Made by a program: the position numbers and the translations under genes
Part shown: one piece after another, positions 1 through 11,724 of the stretch
How the letters are laid out: each line of letters opens with the position of its first letter
Numbering within the stretch: the stretch's first letter is position 1
Notes under the pieces: generated by a model
The model's database searches: none
Seen by the model: only the letters and a program-made list of their open reading frames with translations
What the model was told of the DNA's origin: nothing
NCBI GenBank assembly: GCA_044229845.1
Contig: JBGASG010000004.1
Location: 320,001-384,000, forward strand
DNA from: Candidatus Obscuribacteraceae bacterium
Lineage (GTDB): Bacteria; Cyanobacteriota; Vampirovibrionia; Obscuribacterales; Obscuribacteraceae
Length of the DNA stretch: 64,000 nucleotides
Reading direction: 5' to 3'

Positions 1-147
1 CGACCACATGGCCTTGTCGAATTGGCTGTCTACACCGGGCAGCGGTAGGCTGTCCGCATTCTTGCTGAGAAACGATGCAAAAGAATCGGCTGCGACGTTC
101 TCGTCGCCCGCAAGTATTCTTGCCAATTCTTCTTTCAGGTTTTTCAT
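1..147 (-). CDS. N-terminal fragment of a hypothetical protein running off the left edge (MKNLKEELARILAGDENVAADSF...)
   Basis: ATG at 147 on the minus strand, open to position 1, 14 bp downstream of the sigma factor stop; not in the ORF track. Confidence 0.5.
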   Translation of the reverse strand, partial: MKNLKEELARILAGDENVAADSFASFLSKNADSLPLPGVDSQFDKAMWS

Positions 148-161
148 TTTCGCCGAAGCTC

Positions 162-899
162 CTAGATACGCGACTCTTCTTTTTCCAACCGTTCTTTGAA
201 TGCCTTTAGCGTGCGAACGATTTTCTTGTCGACCGTATCTATACTCTTCGCGTCCATTTTTAGACACGAAATCAAATCTTCTCGCTTATATCCCTGCACA
301 TACTTCAAAAGGAAGCAGGTACGGTGTATTCCGGGCGGCAGCTCTTTGATAATCCGGTTTATTAAATCCTTCAAAAGTGACTGGCTGGCCGGGTCGGAGT
401 CTTCCTTGCCGCTCAGACTGTACTCCCAGCCGAAAACGTCCTCGGCGGACCGTCCATCATCTTCATCAAATAAGGAATCTAAGGATGTGGTCCGGAATTG
501 TCCGGTGGACGCCGATTCTTCATCGAAGGTCTTGCCGGCGGACAGGGTCTTAACCTGCATCGATTCGCCCTCGAAAGTCCCGTCGCTTTCGCTTTCGGTG
601 ATTTCGCTGGCCCGGGTGAGGACTTTTGTAGTGTCCTTCTTACGCAGCTGAACCTTGTGATAACGCTCGAGATTCTGCGCTATTGCCTTGTTGCAGGCTC
701 CCAGACAGTAGAGCGCCAGGTTGGCGTCCGGATGGGAGGGGTCGAAGTGGGTCGTGACCAGAACCAGCGCATTCTGCAGGATGTCTTCTATATCCTCATC
801 TGTCGCCAGACGCGCACGCGAGCGAATGTAACGCATCATGCGTGTGGGGGTGAAATCCATCTCCCCCTTCAGAAACGCTCGGGCTTCCTTTTGTTTCAT
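162..899 (-). CDS. Sigma-70 family alternative sigma factor (ECF/SigH-like)
   Basis: Region-2-like DIEDILQNALVLV, SLD motif, and region-4 HTH LLKYVQGYKREDLISCLKMDAKSIDT; likely ATG at 899 (ORF track extends to 1124). Confidence 0.65.
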   Translation of the reverse strand: MKQKEARAFLKGEMDFTPTRMMRYIRSRARLATDEDIEDILQNALVLVTTHFDPSHPDANLALYCLGACNKAIAQNLERYHKVQLRKKDTTKVLTRASEITESESDGTFEGESMQVKTLSAGKTFDEESASTGQFRTTSLDSLFDEDDGRSAEDVFGWEYSLSGKEDSDPASQSLLKDLINRIIKELPPGIHRTCFLLKYVQGYKREDLISCLKMDAKSIDTVDKKIVRTLKAFKERLEKEESRI

Positions 900-1100
900 C
901 CGTAACTCGGTGCCAACTGCCAGTGGTCCGCATAAATTGTATCTACACAAATTCCCAAATTTCAGGATAACGGCAAAAATATTGCCCACAATCTGTCTTT
1001 CGGCATTTGCCATCCGGATGCCAAGAGTCCGGAATGAGCCCTGTGTCAGCGTCAGGAAAGCTTTTCGTGCCAAACTTACGCCCTTAAGGAAACTCCTCGT

Positions 1101-2306
1101 ATGCCATTGACTGCAACAAAGCACCCCAAACCGTTCAGGGACATCCGACTCTCACGGCGGCGCAGCACCCCCCTGCACGATTTCGGCAGACACGTCTGGA
1201 GCGATATTCTCGAAGCCGTCACCGGCAAGGCGCTCCCCACATTCCCCAACCTCATTCAAAGAGCGCAGGCCAGCGGCCTGCCCATGGACGACTTTCAGGA
1301 AGCCCTGGAGGCTGGAGGCGAGTCCGGACAGAACTCTGACGCCGATATCGCCACCGAGCTGCTTTCGATAGCGCGCGGACACTATGGCAAGGGCTCGTAC
1401 TGGGCAGAGCTGGGAGTGAAGACCCAGGCTCGCGACCATTACTTGATGTCCATGCTCTGGTGCTCATACGCCGAACTATTTATAGAAGAGCCCTTCCTGC
1501 GTGCTCGGGTCCATCCTCTATATCAAGAGGCGTATCGCAAAGTCGCGCACCTGTTTGCCAGTCCAGCCCGGCTGGTTTCGGTAGACATCGGACACGGCCA
1601 GGGCATTCTCGAAGGCTACCTGCGCCTGCCTCCGTCGAGCCAGGGCGGGCGCAAGAAAGGCGTACCATGTGCGATTCTGGTAAACGGACTGTCCAGCACC
1701 AAGGAAGAGCTGCACTTCACCGAAAACGCCCTTTTGGCGGCCGATATCGCAACGCTATCGTTTGACTATCCCGGTATTCATGAAGACACTTCGGAAGCGC
1801 TGCACCGACTTGATGTGGATGCGCTCGCTTATGCACTCTGTGCGCTGGTGGCATCTCAGATTGAAGTAGACATTACGCGCGTGGCGCTCTACGGAGTTTC
1901 TTTCGGAGCGCGTCTGGCACTGCATATGGCGACAGAGATGCCGGAAAGATTCAAGGCGGTGGTTGCACTTTCCGCGCCATTCGATATGCTAGCGGACGTG
2001 GATACCCTGCATGCAACACTAGAACAGGAAGCAGCTATCTACCCCGGCACTACAACATCGGCACTGGCAGACTTCGCCAAGAAGACCCCTCTTGCAAACA
2101 GACTGGACAGGATCACGGCACCACTTTTAGTGGCAGGCGGCGGTCGCGACTTGATCGCGCTGCCCGAAGAGACCTCCTTCATCTATGAACTGGCAGCCTC
2201 GGCAGACAAAAAATTGATTCTCTGCCCTAGCGCCGGCCACGTCTGCAGCGAAATGATGCCTTCTTTGCGGCATGAAATCGCGCAATGGATCAAGCAGCGG
2301 ATATGA
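1101..2306 (+). CDS. Alpha/beta hydrolase (FrsA / 2,6-dihydroxypseudooxynicotine hydrolase-like)
   Basis: GLSSTKEE, FDYPG, nucleophile elbow GVSFG, D in GGRDL, C-terminal AGH; true start uncertain. Confidence 0.75.
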   Translation: MPLTATKHPKPFRDIRLSRRRSTPLHDFGRHVWSDILEAVTGKALPTFPNLIQRAQASGLPMDDFQEALEAGGESGQNSDADIATELLSIARGHYGKGSYWAELGVKTQARDHYLMSMLWCSYAELFIEEPFLRARVHPLYQEAYRKVAHLFASPARLVSVDIGHGQGILEGYLRLPPSSQGGRKKGVPCAILVNGLSSTKEELHFTENALLAADIATLSFDYPGIHEDTSEALHRLDVDALAYALCALVASQIEVDITRVALYGVSFGARLALHMATEMPERFKAVVALSAPFDMLADVDTLHATLEQEAAIYPGTTTSALADFAKKTPLANRLDRITAPLLVAGGGRDLIALPEETSFIYELAASADKKLILCPSAGHVCSEMMPSLRHEIAQWIKQRI

Positions 2307-3781
2307 CATCGGGCATACGGTTGCAGCTGTGCACCGGAATATGCATCGCATTGTTGGCGTTTTCGCACGCCCTCCCCTCCAACGCACAGCAACCAAATCC
2401 GGCATCCAGCACCATGCCCGCCGGGTCCGGTAAGCAAGTGGCGCAAGCACTGCCGATGGATCCCGATGCTCCGATTCTCCTGCCGCCGATCGCGCCCTCG
2501 ACAAACTCGTCAGGCAGCAGCTTCCCCAACATTACGGTGCCCGGCGGCAGCACGTCGTCACCGGCCATGCCTCCGACGTTGAACCCGGTGGGAATTCTCG
2601 AAGCCTTCGATGAAGGACTGGTGAAGAGTCCACGGGCAGCGGCGGCGCGCGCCCAGATGGGTATCGCCAAAGCCTCGATGGCAGCGGCCTGGACCCTGCC
2701 CAACCCATCGTTCCTTTTATACAACGGTATGCGGGCTGAACAGACCTACCAGAAAGGCGTGTCCCTCAATCTAGAACCGCCATGGAAACTGGTTACTCGC
2801 ATTATTCAAGCGAAGCGCCAGATCAAGCAAGCCGACATCGAAATCATGCAGAGTCTCTGGACGTTGCGCAGCTCAGTGCGCCGCGCTTATCTGGAAGCAG
2901 TAGTTTCGGAAGCCACTTATGAAACTCTGCAAGAACTCTTCGACCTCTCCGACAAACTCCTGAACGTTGCACAGAAGCGCTTTCAGGCAGGCGACGTGCC
3001 CGAACTGGACGTTCTTAAAGCCCGCCTGGCTACGTCGCAGGCACAAATCGATCGCACCCAGGGCGACCGGCGCGTTATGCAAGCCAAACAACAGCTGGCC
3101 ATCATTCTCGGCAGGTCGCACAATCAAGTGGTCGACGTCAACAAACTGCCCACCTTCAACTTGCACGTCGAGAAGAACGACCTGCTCCCCGACTTCGACA
3201 AGCCGGTGCCGCCGCTGGACCAGTTTATCGCTGAAGCTAAAAAGAACCGGTTGGAGCTGAAGCTGGTCAATCAGCAAATCGCCGTCAACGAAGCTGCATT
3301 GAAAAACACCTACGCTAATATCATCCCCAACACGCAAATGAACGTCGGTGCCTCGGCCACCGGCAACCCGCCCACCGGACCGAAGATCAAGAACGGATGG
3401 TTCATGGGCTTCTCACAAGAATTACCGATCGGCAACTGGCAGCAGGGTGACATCTTCAGGCTGAAAAGCACGATCAAACAATTGAAGATGGAGTTCACAT
3501 CACAGGAGAACCAGGTGATTGCCCAGGTTTCGTCCGCGTATCAAAAACTGATCGCCGCTCGCGACAGAATTCGTGCCTATCAAGAGCACGTGCTGGCCGA
3601 CTCCAACGAAGTCGCTCGCCTGGCGCGGCGCAGTTACGAAGTGGGGCAGTCGGACATCACGTCAACGCTTGCCGCCCAGCAAGCCAATATCCAGATTCGC
3701 AGCCAGTATCTCGATGCCGTGCAGGACTACCAGCAAGCATTCGCGGATCTCGAACAGTCCATCGGTCGCCCGCTGGAATAA
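2303..3781 (+). CDS. TolC/CzcC-family outer membrane efflux protein
   Basis: Signal peptide, Pro-rich linker, two OEP repeats (RFQAGDVPELDVLKA; RSYEVGQSDITSTLAAQ); ATGA overlap with the hydrolase stop. Confidence 0.9.
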   Translation: MTSGIRLQLCTGICIALLAFSHALPSNAQQPNPASSTMPAGSGKQVAQALPMDPDAPILLPPIAPSTNSSGSSFPNITVPGGSTSSPAMPPTLNPVGILEAFDEGLVKSPRAAAARAQMGIAKASMAAAWTLPNPSFLLYNGMRAEQTYQKGVSLNLEPPWKLVTRIIQAKRQIKQADIEIMQSLWTLRSSVRRAYLEAVVSEATYETLQELFDLSDKLLNVAQKRFQAGDVPELDVLKARLATSQAQIDRTQGDRRVMQAKQQLAIILGRSHNQVVDVNKLPTFNLHVEKNDLLPDFDKPVPPLDQFIAEAKKNRLELKLVNQQIAVNEAALKNTYANIIPNTQMNVGASATGNPPTGPKIKNGWFMGFSQELPIGNWQQGDIFRLKSTIKQLKMEFTSQENQVIAQVSSAYQKLIAARDRIRAYQEHVLADSNEVARLARRSYEVGQSDITSTLAAQQANIQIRSQYLDAVQDYQQAFADLEQSIGRPLE

Positions 3782-3783
3782 GC

Positions 3784-6700
3784 CTATTGCAGTCCGGGGC
3801 TTTGCAGGTCAGACAGGCGGTATTCGCCGGTCAGGCGGGTGTGTTCTTCGTATTCTTCTTCCTTGCCGACGCCGCCCGGCTGCCCGTTGGCAGGCGGCTT
3901 GTTGATCCAGGCATACACCGCCGGCAATACCAGGAGAGTGAGCGCCGTCGCACTCACCAGTCCCCCCAGCACGACAATTGCCAGCGGGCGCTGCACCTCG
4001 GCACCGGTGCCGCCCGAGATAATCTTGGGCAAAAGGCCCATAATCGCCACGGTTGCCGTCATCAAAACCGGTCGCAATCGCGTCATGGCGCCGTCAGTGG
4101 CCGCATCTACGACGTTCATGCCCCGGCGCTGCAACTGCGTGATGTAGGTGACCATAATGACGCCGTTTTGCACCGCCACTCCAAACAAAGCGATAAACCC
4201 GATAATCGCCGGCACCGAGATGGTCTGGTGTGTGATGAACAAGCCGACAAATCCGCCGATCATGGCAAAAGGCACGTTGAGCATGATCAGGCTGGCGTTC
4301 CTCAAAGAGTTAAAAGAAGCGAAGAGCAACACGAAGATCAATAAGAGCACGATCGGCACCACCACGGCCAGACGTTGCATGGCGCGCATCTGGTTTTCGA
4401 AAGTACCGCCCCAGACAACCCGATAACCGCGTGGCAGTTGCACTTCTTTGGACACCCGCTCTTGCGCCTCGGCAACGAATCCGCCCAGGTCGCGTCCGCG
4501 CACATTAGCCAGAACGGCGGTGCGCCGCTGTCCATCTTCACGGTTGACCATGACGGTGCCGCGTTTGATTTGAATGTCCGCCAGGTGCTTGAGCGGCACG
4601 CGCGCACCGGACGGCGTCGCCACCAAAATCGCCTCGATGTCTTCTTCCGAATCGCGATACTCAGCCGGGTATCTCACCGAAATCCCGAAACGCTGCGTAC
4701 CTTCGAGAACATCCGAAACCACTCGCCCGGCGATCGCGGTGTTGATAATCTCTTGCACATCGCTGACATTCAGCCCATAGCGCGCAATCACATCGCGCTT
4801 AAGCGAGATGTTCATTTGCGGCAATCCCAGAATCTGCTCACGCTGCATATCGGCGGAACCACGCACGCCCCTGACGATGCCCTGAATCTTGGCGGCGATG
4901 GCATCGATTTTTTCCAGGTCGTCGCCGAAAACTTTGATACCCAGGTCTGCTTTGATGCCGGCCACGAGATCATCAATCATGTCGGCAATCGGTTGGGAGA
5001 AGCTGTAAATCAGCCCCGGCACCTTGTCCAGCTGTGCCGCCATGCGATTGACCAGCTCTTCTTTATTGTGCGTGGTGCGCCATTCGCTGTTAGGTTTAAG
5101 TCCGATGTAGATGTCGGCATTGTCGACGCCTTCCAGATCGGAGCCCATTCCGGAGCGACCGATTTTAGAAACAACGACGGTCACTTCAGGAAACTCCTTG
5201 ACGATCTCCTCGACGTGACTGATGATGCGCCGCGATTCTGTGTGGCTGACGCTCGGCGAAAGTTTCGTGCGCAAAAGTATTGAACCCTCATCGAGGGTTG
5301 GAATGAACTCAGAGCCCAAAAACGGGATCAGGCAGAAGCTCACCAGCAAAGCGCCAAGCGACACCACCAGAGTGCGTTTGGGATGCTGAATAGCGCTCTT
5401 CAGGGCGGGTGTGTAGACCCTGACCACAGCATCCAAAATCGGATTGTGTTTTTCCTCGATATTGCGCCCTCTGAACATCCAGAAGCAGAGCACGGGAATC
5501 AAAGTCAACGACACCAGCAAGGCGCCGAGAATGGCATAAATAAAGGTGAGCGCCAGAGGGTGAAACATCTTGCCTTCGATGCCTTCCAGCGTAAACAGCG
5601 GGATGTAGACCGAGACAATAATGAAAATTGCAAAAACGATCGGTCGCCCGACTTCCTGAGCAGCCTGTGTGACAATCGGCAGGATGTCGATCTTCTGCCC
5701 GATGCCGCGCGCAACGCCTGGCAGGTCGCCAGAGGCGTCGGAGGAAAGTTTCGACCGCGCGTGCGCCACCTGGCGGAAGATGTTTTCCACCATCACCACG
5801 CCGGCATCGACAATCACGCCGAAGTCGACCGCCCCGAGAGTCATGAGATTGGCCGAAAGTCCAGTGAATTTCATGAGGATGAAACTGAACAGCAGCGAGA
5901 GCGGAATGATGACGGAGACAATCAACGCGCTGGGGATATCGAGCAAAAAAGCGAACAGCACAATCACTACCATGCCGCCCGAAAACATCAATATCTCTTT
6001 GACGGTGTCGATGGTCTTGTCGACAAGTTCGGTCTGGTTGTAGTAGGGATAAATCTTCACACCCTCAGGCAGTTCGCTTTCGATATCGCGCAGTTTGGCT
6101 TCTACCTGGTCAACCACCGCCTTGGTGTTGACGCCTTTGCGAGTCATGACGACGCCCGTCACCGCTTCACCCTTTCCGTTCATCGAAGCTGATCCGCGTC
6201 GGAAGGCGGGCCCGATCTTCACCTCAGCCACCTGTCTGATCGTCACCGGCGTTCCGTTTACTGATTTGAGTACGATGTCGGCGATGTCTTTCTCGTTGTG
6301 GATGCGACCCAGTCCGCGAATGATGATTTCCTCGCCGCCTTGCTCGATGAAGTTGCCGCCGGCATTGCTGTTGTTTGCTTCCAGCGCCTTAACGACATCG
6401 CGCAGTGTCAGGTCGTATCCTTTTAAGCGATCCGGCTGCACAACCACCTGATATTGCTTTACGAAACCGCCATAGGACACGACATTGCCGACACCCGGCA
6501 CCGCCCGAAAGCGCCGCGCCACCTGCCAGTCTTGAATGGTGCGCAACTCGGTGAGATCGTGCCGGTCGGAGGTCAGATAGTAGGCGAACACGTTGGAGAA
6601 GCTGGAGACCAGAGGTCCAAGTTGCGGTCTTGGTGCGCCTTCCGGCAGGTCGAGCTGGTTGAGCAGCCGCTGCTGGATCAGCTCGCGCGCAAAATAGGGA

Positions 6701-7005
6701 TCTGTATCGTCTTCGAAAATAGCCGTGACCACTGACAATCCGAAGCTGGAATTAGAGCGGATGTGTTTGATCTTGGGCACGCCGCTGAGCGCGCTCTCGA
6801 TGGGAAACGTAATCTGGCGCTCGACTTCGTCGGTAGCCATGGTCTCCGGCTCAGTGATGATCTGCACCTGAACGTTGCTGCAGTCAGGGAACGAGTCGAT
6901 CGGAATGTTGAGAATCGACCAGATACCGGCGACTGACAGGATGACGAAGAAGCCGACGGTGACCAGCCGTTGTTGCAGGGCAAAAGCGATGATGCGATCG
7001 ATCAT
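3784..7005 (-). CDS. czcA: Heavy-metal efflux RND permease, CusA/CzcA family
   Basis: 1073 aa; IPIDSFPD, NLMTLGAVDFGVIVDAGVVMVEN, EGKMFHPLA, RLRPVLMTA, GAEVQRPLA. Confidence 0.93.
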   Translation of the reverse strand: MIDRIIAFALQQRLVTVGFFVILSVAGIWSILNIPIDSFPDCSNVQVQIITEPETMATDEVERQITFPIESALSGVPKIKHIRSNSSFGLSVVTAIFEDDTDPYFARELIQQRLLNQLDLPEGAPRPQLGPLVSSFSNVFAYYLTSDRHDLTELRTIQDWQVARRFRAVPGVGNVVSYGGFVKQYQVVVQPDRLKGYDLTLRDVVKALEANNSNAGGNFIEQGGEEIIIRGLGRIHNEKDIADIVLKSVNGTPVTIRQVAEVKIGPAFRRGSASMNGKGEAVTGVVMTRKGVNTKAVVDQVEAKLRDIESELPEGVKIYPYYNQTELVDKTIDTVKEILMFSGGMVVIVLFAFLLDIPSALIVSVIIPLSLLFSFILMKFTGLSANLMTLGAVDFGVIVDAGVVMVENIFRQVAHARSKLSSDASGDLPGVARGIGQKIDILPIVTQAAQEVGRPIVFAIFIIVSVYIPLFTLEGIEGKMFHPLALTFIYAILGALLVSLTLIPVLCFWMFRGRNIEEKHNPILDAVVRVYTPALKSAIQHPKRTLVVSLGALLVSFCLIPFLGSEFIPTLDEGSILLRTKLSPSVSHTESRRIISHVEEIVKEFPEVTVVVSKIGRSGMGSDLEGVDNADIYIGLKPNSEWRTTHNKEELVNRMAAQLDKVPGLIYSFSQPIADMIDDLVAGIKADLGIKVFGDDLEKIDAIAAKIQGIVRGVRGSADMQREQILGLPQMNISLKRDVIARYGLNVSDVQEIINTAIAGRVVSDVLEGTQRFGISVRYPAEYRDSEEDIEAILVATPSGARVPLKHLADIQIKRGTVMVNREDGQRRTAVLANVRGRDLGGFVAEAQERVSKEVQLPRGYRVVWGGTFENQMRAMQRLAVVVPIVLLLIFVLLFASFNSLRNASLIMLNVPFAMIGGFVGLFITHQTISVPAIIGFIALFGVAVQNGVIMVTYITQLQRRGMNVVDAATDGAMTRLRPVLMTATVAIMGLLPKIISGGTGAEVQRPLAIVVLGGLVSATALTLLVLPAVYAWINKPPANGQPGGVGKEEEYEEHTRLTGEYRLSDLQSPGLQ

Positions 7006-7017
7006 TTGATTGTCGCC

Positions 7018-8451
7018 TTACTGCCTGGATGCCTGCTGGTAGGTGAGTTCCGATTTGAGGAGCAAACTGCCCTGTGTCGCTACCTTTTCACCAGCGGCAA
7101 GACCAGCCGTCACTTCGTAAAACTTCTCAGTGTCACTGCCCAGCGTCAGACTCCTCTCGACGAAACCATCCGGCGTCTGCACATAAACGACTCTTTTGCC
7201 GTCCCGCTCCTGCACTGCCGTCTTTGGAACAGCCAGCAAGAGCTTGGGCTGCCCTTTCAGATCGATTTGAGCGAACATGTTGGTTTTGAACTTGTGCAAT
7301 TTGTTATCGAGACGGGCTCTGATAGCCACCGTGCGCGTTTCAGGGTTGACGTTTTCACTGATGAAGCTGACGTAGCCCTGGAATTTTTCACCGGGATAGC
7401 TGGCTATGGTCACGGTCACCGGCGCGCCCAGCTGCACGCTCTGGACGTCGACTTCTGGAATATCGGCGTTGACTACTACCTCACTGAGATCTGTAATCGT
7501 GAAGGCATGTTTGCCGGGTCCGATGATTTCGCCGGCTGCCACATCGAAGTGCGTGACCACTCCCTGCCCGGTCGACACGAGCGGCACAACACCCATGACC
7601 TCATTTGTATCAAGCACGTTCTGCACCATTGCCGGTGTCATTCCGATAAATTTCAAGCGCTGCTTGAGCGTCGCCATCTGTTGTTTGGCGCGGGCAGTCT
7701 CAGCCTGAGCCAGCTGCAGGTCGCGCTTCAGCATGGCTTTGTTTTTGTACAACGCTTTCTCGCGCTGCAGTTCGGCAGTCGCCTGGCTGAATGCCAACTT
7801 GGCTTTAGCCAGTTCGGCCTGCGCTTCCATGAAATTCTTCTGTGAAGTAATCTTTTCGCGATAAAGTCCTTGCTGGCGGGAAAACTCGGCCTGCGACAGT
7901 TCCAGTTGCACTTTCGTTTCATCGTGGCGCGTTTGAGCCGCAATCAACGAGGGTGGGCGCTGCAAATATTCACTGTAAATCTGTTTCTCGCGCTCTTCGT
8001 GAGCCAACGCAATTACCAATTTTGACTTGGCTTCCAGAAGTTCGGCCTGCAGGTCACTATTTTCCTGGCTGTCCACTGTAGCCAGAACCTGCCCCGCCTT
8101 CACATGCTGACCGAGCACCACGTTTACCTTGACCACGCGACCTGAAAAGCGCGCGGTGACGTCTCTTTCCTTCGTAATCTCGGCGCGAATCTGTCCTGTA
8201 ACGTGCAGATTATTAGACAGCAGGCGCTTTTCTACCGCCTCTGTCTGCAAATCTATACGTTTGGCGAAGTCAGGCGTGATGCGGATCAGGTGCACATCCG
8301 GGGATTTATGCGTGGGCGCGGCTTCCACGGTATCGTTGCCCGCCGGCGACGTGGCAGTTTGAGTCGAGCACCCAGAAAGGGCAAAAAGGCTGATTAGCGC
8401 GGCGCCGAGCCCGGCAACGGCGCAGGTAGCAATAGTAGGAACACTCTTCAT
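7018..8451 (-). CDS. RND efflux periplasmic adaptor (CzcB/CusB-like) lipoprotein
   Basis: Lipobox-like ALSGC, lipoyl half-motifs (GQHVKAGQVL), long coiled coil, ETRTVAIRA; directly upstream of czcA. Confidence 0.9.
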   Translation of the reverse strand: MKSVPTIATCAVAGLGAALISLFALSGCSTQTATSPAGNDTVEAAPTHKSPDVHLIRITPDFAKRIDLQTEAVEKRLLSNNLHVTGQIRAEITKERDVTARFSGRVVKVNVVLGQHVKAGQVLATVDSQENSDLQAELLEAKSKLVIALAHEEREKQIYSEYLQRPPSLIAAQTRHDETKVQLELSQAEFSRQQGLYREKITSQKNFMEAQAELAKAKLAFSQATAELQREKALYKNKAMLKRDLQLAQAETARAKQQMATLKQRLKFIGMTPAMVQNVLDTNEVMGVVPLVSTGQGVVTHFDVAAGEIIGPGKHAFTITDLSEVVVNADIPEVDVQSVQLGAPVTVTIASYPGEKFQGYVSFISENVNPETRTVAIRARLDNKLHKFKTNMFAQIDLKGQPKLLLAVPKTAVQERDGKRVVYVQTPDGFVERSLTLGSDTEKFYEVTAGLAAGEKVATQGSLLLKSELTYQQASRQ

Positions 8452-8562
8452 TCTTTCGTGCGAGGATATAACCTCACTAGCGCTTGTTTGCTCAGGATAA
8501 CACCTCAATCTTGGTCGGGCGCAAAAATTCAGACGTTGTTATTACATAGAAGGTCTTCGCAA

Positions 8563-8865
8563 TTGAGAATCGACAAGTGGCTTAAGGTATCTCGCATCAT
8601 CAAACGCCGCACAGTGGCTCAGATGGCGTGCGATCAAAGTCGAGTCTTCCTTAACGATCGCATCGTCAAAGCCGGTGCAACTGTTAAGCAAGGCGACAAG
8701 GTCCACGTCGAGCTGGGAGCCCGCGCCCTCACTGTCGAAGTCTTGGAAGTGCCGCAGAAAGCCCCTTCCATTCAGGAAGCCGCCAATTTGTACAAGAAAC
8801 TCGAAGAGATAAGGCGGCCGCCGGAGAAGTTGGATTGGCTTCCTGACGGGGAAGATTTCGAGTAG
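8563..8865 (+). CDS. S4-domain RNA-binding protein (Hsp15/YabO/RqcP-like)
   Basis: TTG start; RIDKWLKVSRIIKRRTVAQMAC ... VKQGD. Confidence 0.88.
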   Translation: MRIDKWLKVSRIIKRRTVAQMACDQSRVFLNDRIVKAGATVKQGDKVHVELGARALTVEVLEVPQKAPSIQEAANLYKKLEEIRRPPEKLDWLPDGEDFE

Positions 8866-8889
8866 AAGTGACAGCAGTATTGCAGTGAC

Positions 8890-9897
8890 ATGAGGCGGAG
8901 ACCCACTTTGCGCATTCGAGCTATTTCTCTTTCGATTCTGGCGACGATCATTTTGCTGCCGGCAGCAGTCACCGAATCTGGTGGCGCCGACAAAAAAGCG
9001 GCCGCAGGCGCGGCCAAACCCGGAGTTTATTCCATAGGCAGCGAAGGCGCTTCCGGCATTATGGGCTGTAGCGGTGTACCCGCGGCGGTGGTGACCAGAT
9101 CTGGTACGCGGCGCGGATTTTTCATGACGCGCGCCCAGGTCGACGGCATGTGGCGCTCGATGGGACTGGCGCCTGGAGATGTGCTTTTGACTTTGGACAA
9201 TCGCGTCATCTGCAGCGGCAGCGACGCAGACGCGTGCCTGCGTTCCATGAAACCGCACTCGGTCGACCTGCAATTCATGCACAAAACAGGGGATGACGGA
9301 CAGTACTCGCTGAAATCGCACCGCTTTCTCTACAGCGGACCGGGAGCCGCCGCGGTTATGAGCTCGTCCGGTTCGTCCGCATCTTCGTCCGGCACGGTCA
9401 ACTACGGCAACACCAATCTCGGCACCAGCCAGGCTTCCAGTCCGGGCGCCATGAATACAGGCAATTCATCGGTAAGCGAACTGGAAAGCTATATGCTGGG
9501 ACTGGTCAATCAGGACCGGCGCGGCGTCGCGCATGTCAATTCGGTTCCTATGGATTCCAGGCTCAGTGCGGCTGCCCGCGCTTACGCCGAAGACATGCTG
9601 AAGCGCAATTTCTTCTCCCACACTGACCCGAGCGGCAAGGGACCGCAGGAAAGAGCCAAAGACGCCGGTATCAGATGCGGTATCTATGAAAATCTGTCAT
9701 TCCAACAAGGGCGGGGCTGGCGCACCGACAAGCAAATGGTGGCGGCAGCGGAAGCCGAGATGATGAGCGAGCCGCCCGACCAGCACAACCATCGCTACAA
9801 TATCCTGCATCCCAGTCACGTCGCTTGCGGCATTGGTATCGCCCGCGATGGCACGACCGTGACCATGGTCCAGTGGTACACAGACTCGCCGCCTTGA
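8890..9897 (+). CDS. Secreted PDZ-like plus CAP (SCP) domain protein
   Basis: Signal peptide; GLAPGDVLLTLD (PDZ-like); CAP motifs DMLKRNFFSH, ENL, HRYNIL, GIG. Confidence 0.8.
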   Translation: MRRRPTLRIRAISLSILATIILLPAAVTESGGADKKAAAGAAKPGVYSIGSEGASGIMGCSGVPAAVVTRSGTRRGFFMTRAQVDGMWRSMGLAPGDVLLTLDNRVICSGSDADACLRSMKPHSVDLQFMHKTGDDGQYSLKSHRFLYSGPGAAAVMSSSGSSASSSGTVNYGNTNLGTSQASSPGAMNTGNSSVSELESYMLGLVNQDRRGVAHVNSVPMDSRLSAAARAYAEDMLKRNFFSHTDPSGKGPQERAKDAGIRCGIYENLSFQQGRGWRTDKQMVAAAEAEMMSEPPDQHNHRYNILHPSHVACGIGIARDGTTVTMVQWYTDSPP

Positions 9898-9958
9898 CAT
9901 TTTCATTTTAGACATAGGTGATAGAATCACGGCCGTGTCTGGCTGAGGAAAACACCTT

Positions 9959-10641
9959 ATGAACGAAAAGCCCGTGCCCGCTGAAGTTCGAGGCTGGAAC
10001 TGGGGCGCCTTCTTTCTCACCTGGATCTGGGGAATCGGCAACAAAGTTTGGATTTCGCTTTTGTGCCTGCTTCCGCTTGTGAACATAGTGATGATTTTCG
10101 TGCTCGGCATCAAGGGCAACGAGTGGGCCTGGAAGTCCGGCAACTACGCCAACGTGGCGGAGTTTCACAAAGTGCAGAAAATCTGGGGCATAGTCGGCGT
10201 TTCGGTGTTTCTCCTTTGCTTCATCCTGGGCGGAGTCATGGGGCTGGGTATAGTCGGCACCGTATTTACAGTGATTAAAGAGAGCGAGCCCTACAAAATC
10301 GGCTTGCAACGCGCCCAACAATCACCGCAGTTGAAAGAAGCGTTGGGCGAGCCTATTAAAGACAACTGGTGGGTGTCGGGCGAAACAGAAATGAGCAACG
10401 GCGAAGCCGATTGCAAATTGCAGATACCCATTCTGGGTCCGAAGGGCACAGGCACGGTCTACGTCGACGGCGAGAAACACGCCGGGGGAGACTGGCAATT
10501 CAGCCGACTAACTGCGAAGCCCGACAATGGTGGACAGGAAATTGATCTGAACGTCGGCGCCGGCACACCAGCGGTCGCGCCGAAAACCGAGCCAAGCGAC
10601 GACTCGTTGACCGATACTTCCAGCGATACTTCCAGCGACGA

Positions 10642-10645
<4 letters not shown>
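9959..10645 (+). CDS. Membrane protein with a C-terminal Coa1-like domain
   Basis: [17 protein letters not shown]-terminus, about 3 TM segments, ALGEPI...G...[14 protein letters not shown] pattern. Confidence 0.65.
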
Positions 10646-11720
<1,075 letters not shown>

Positions 11721-11724
<4 letters not shown>

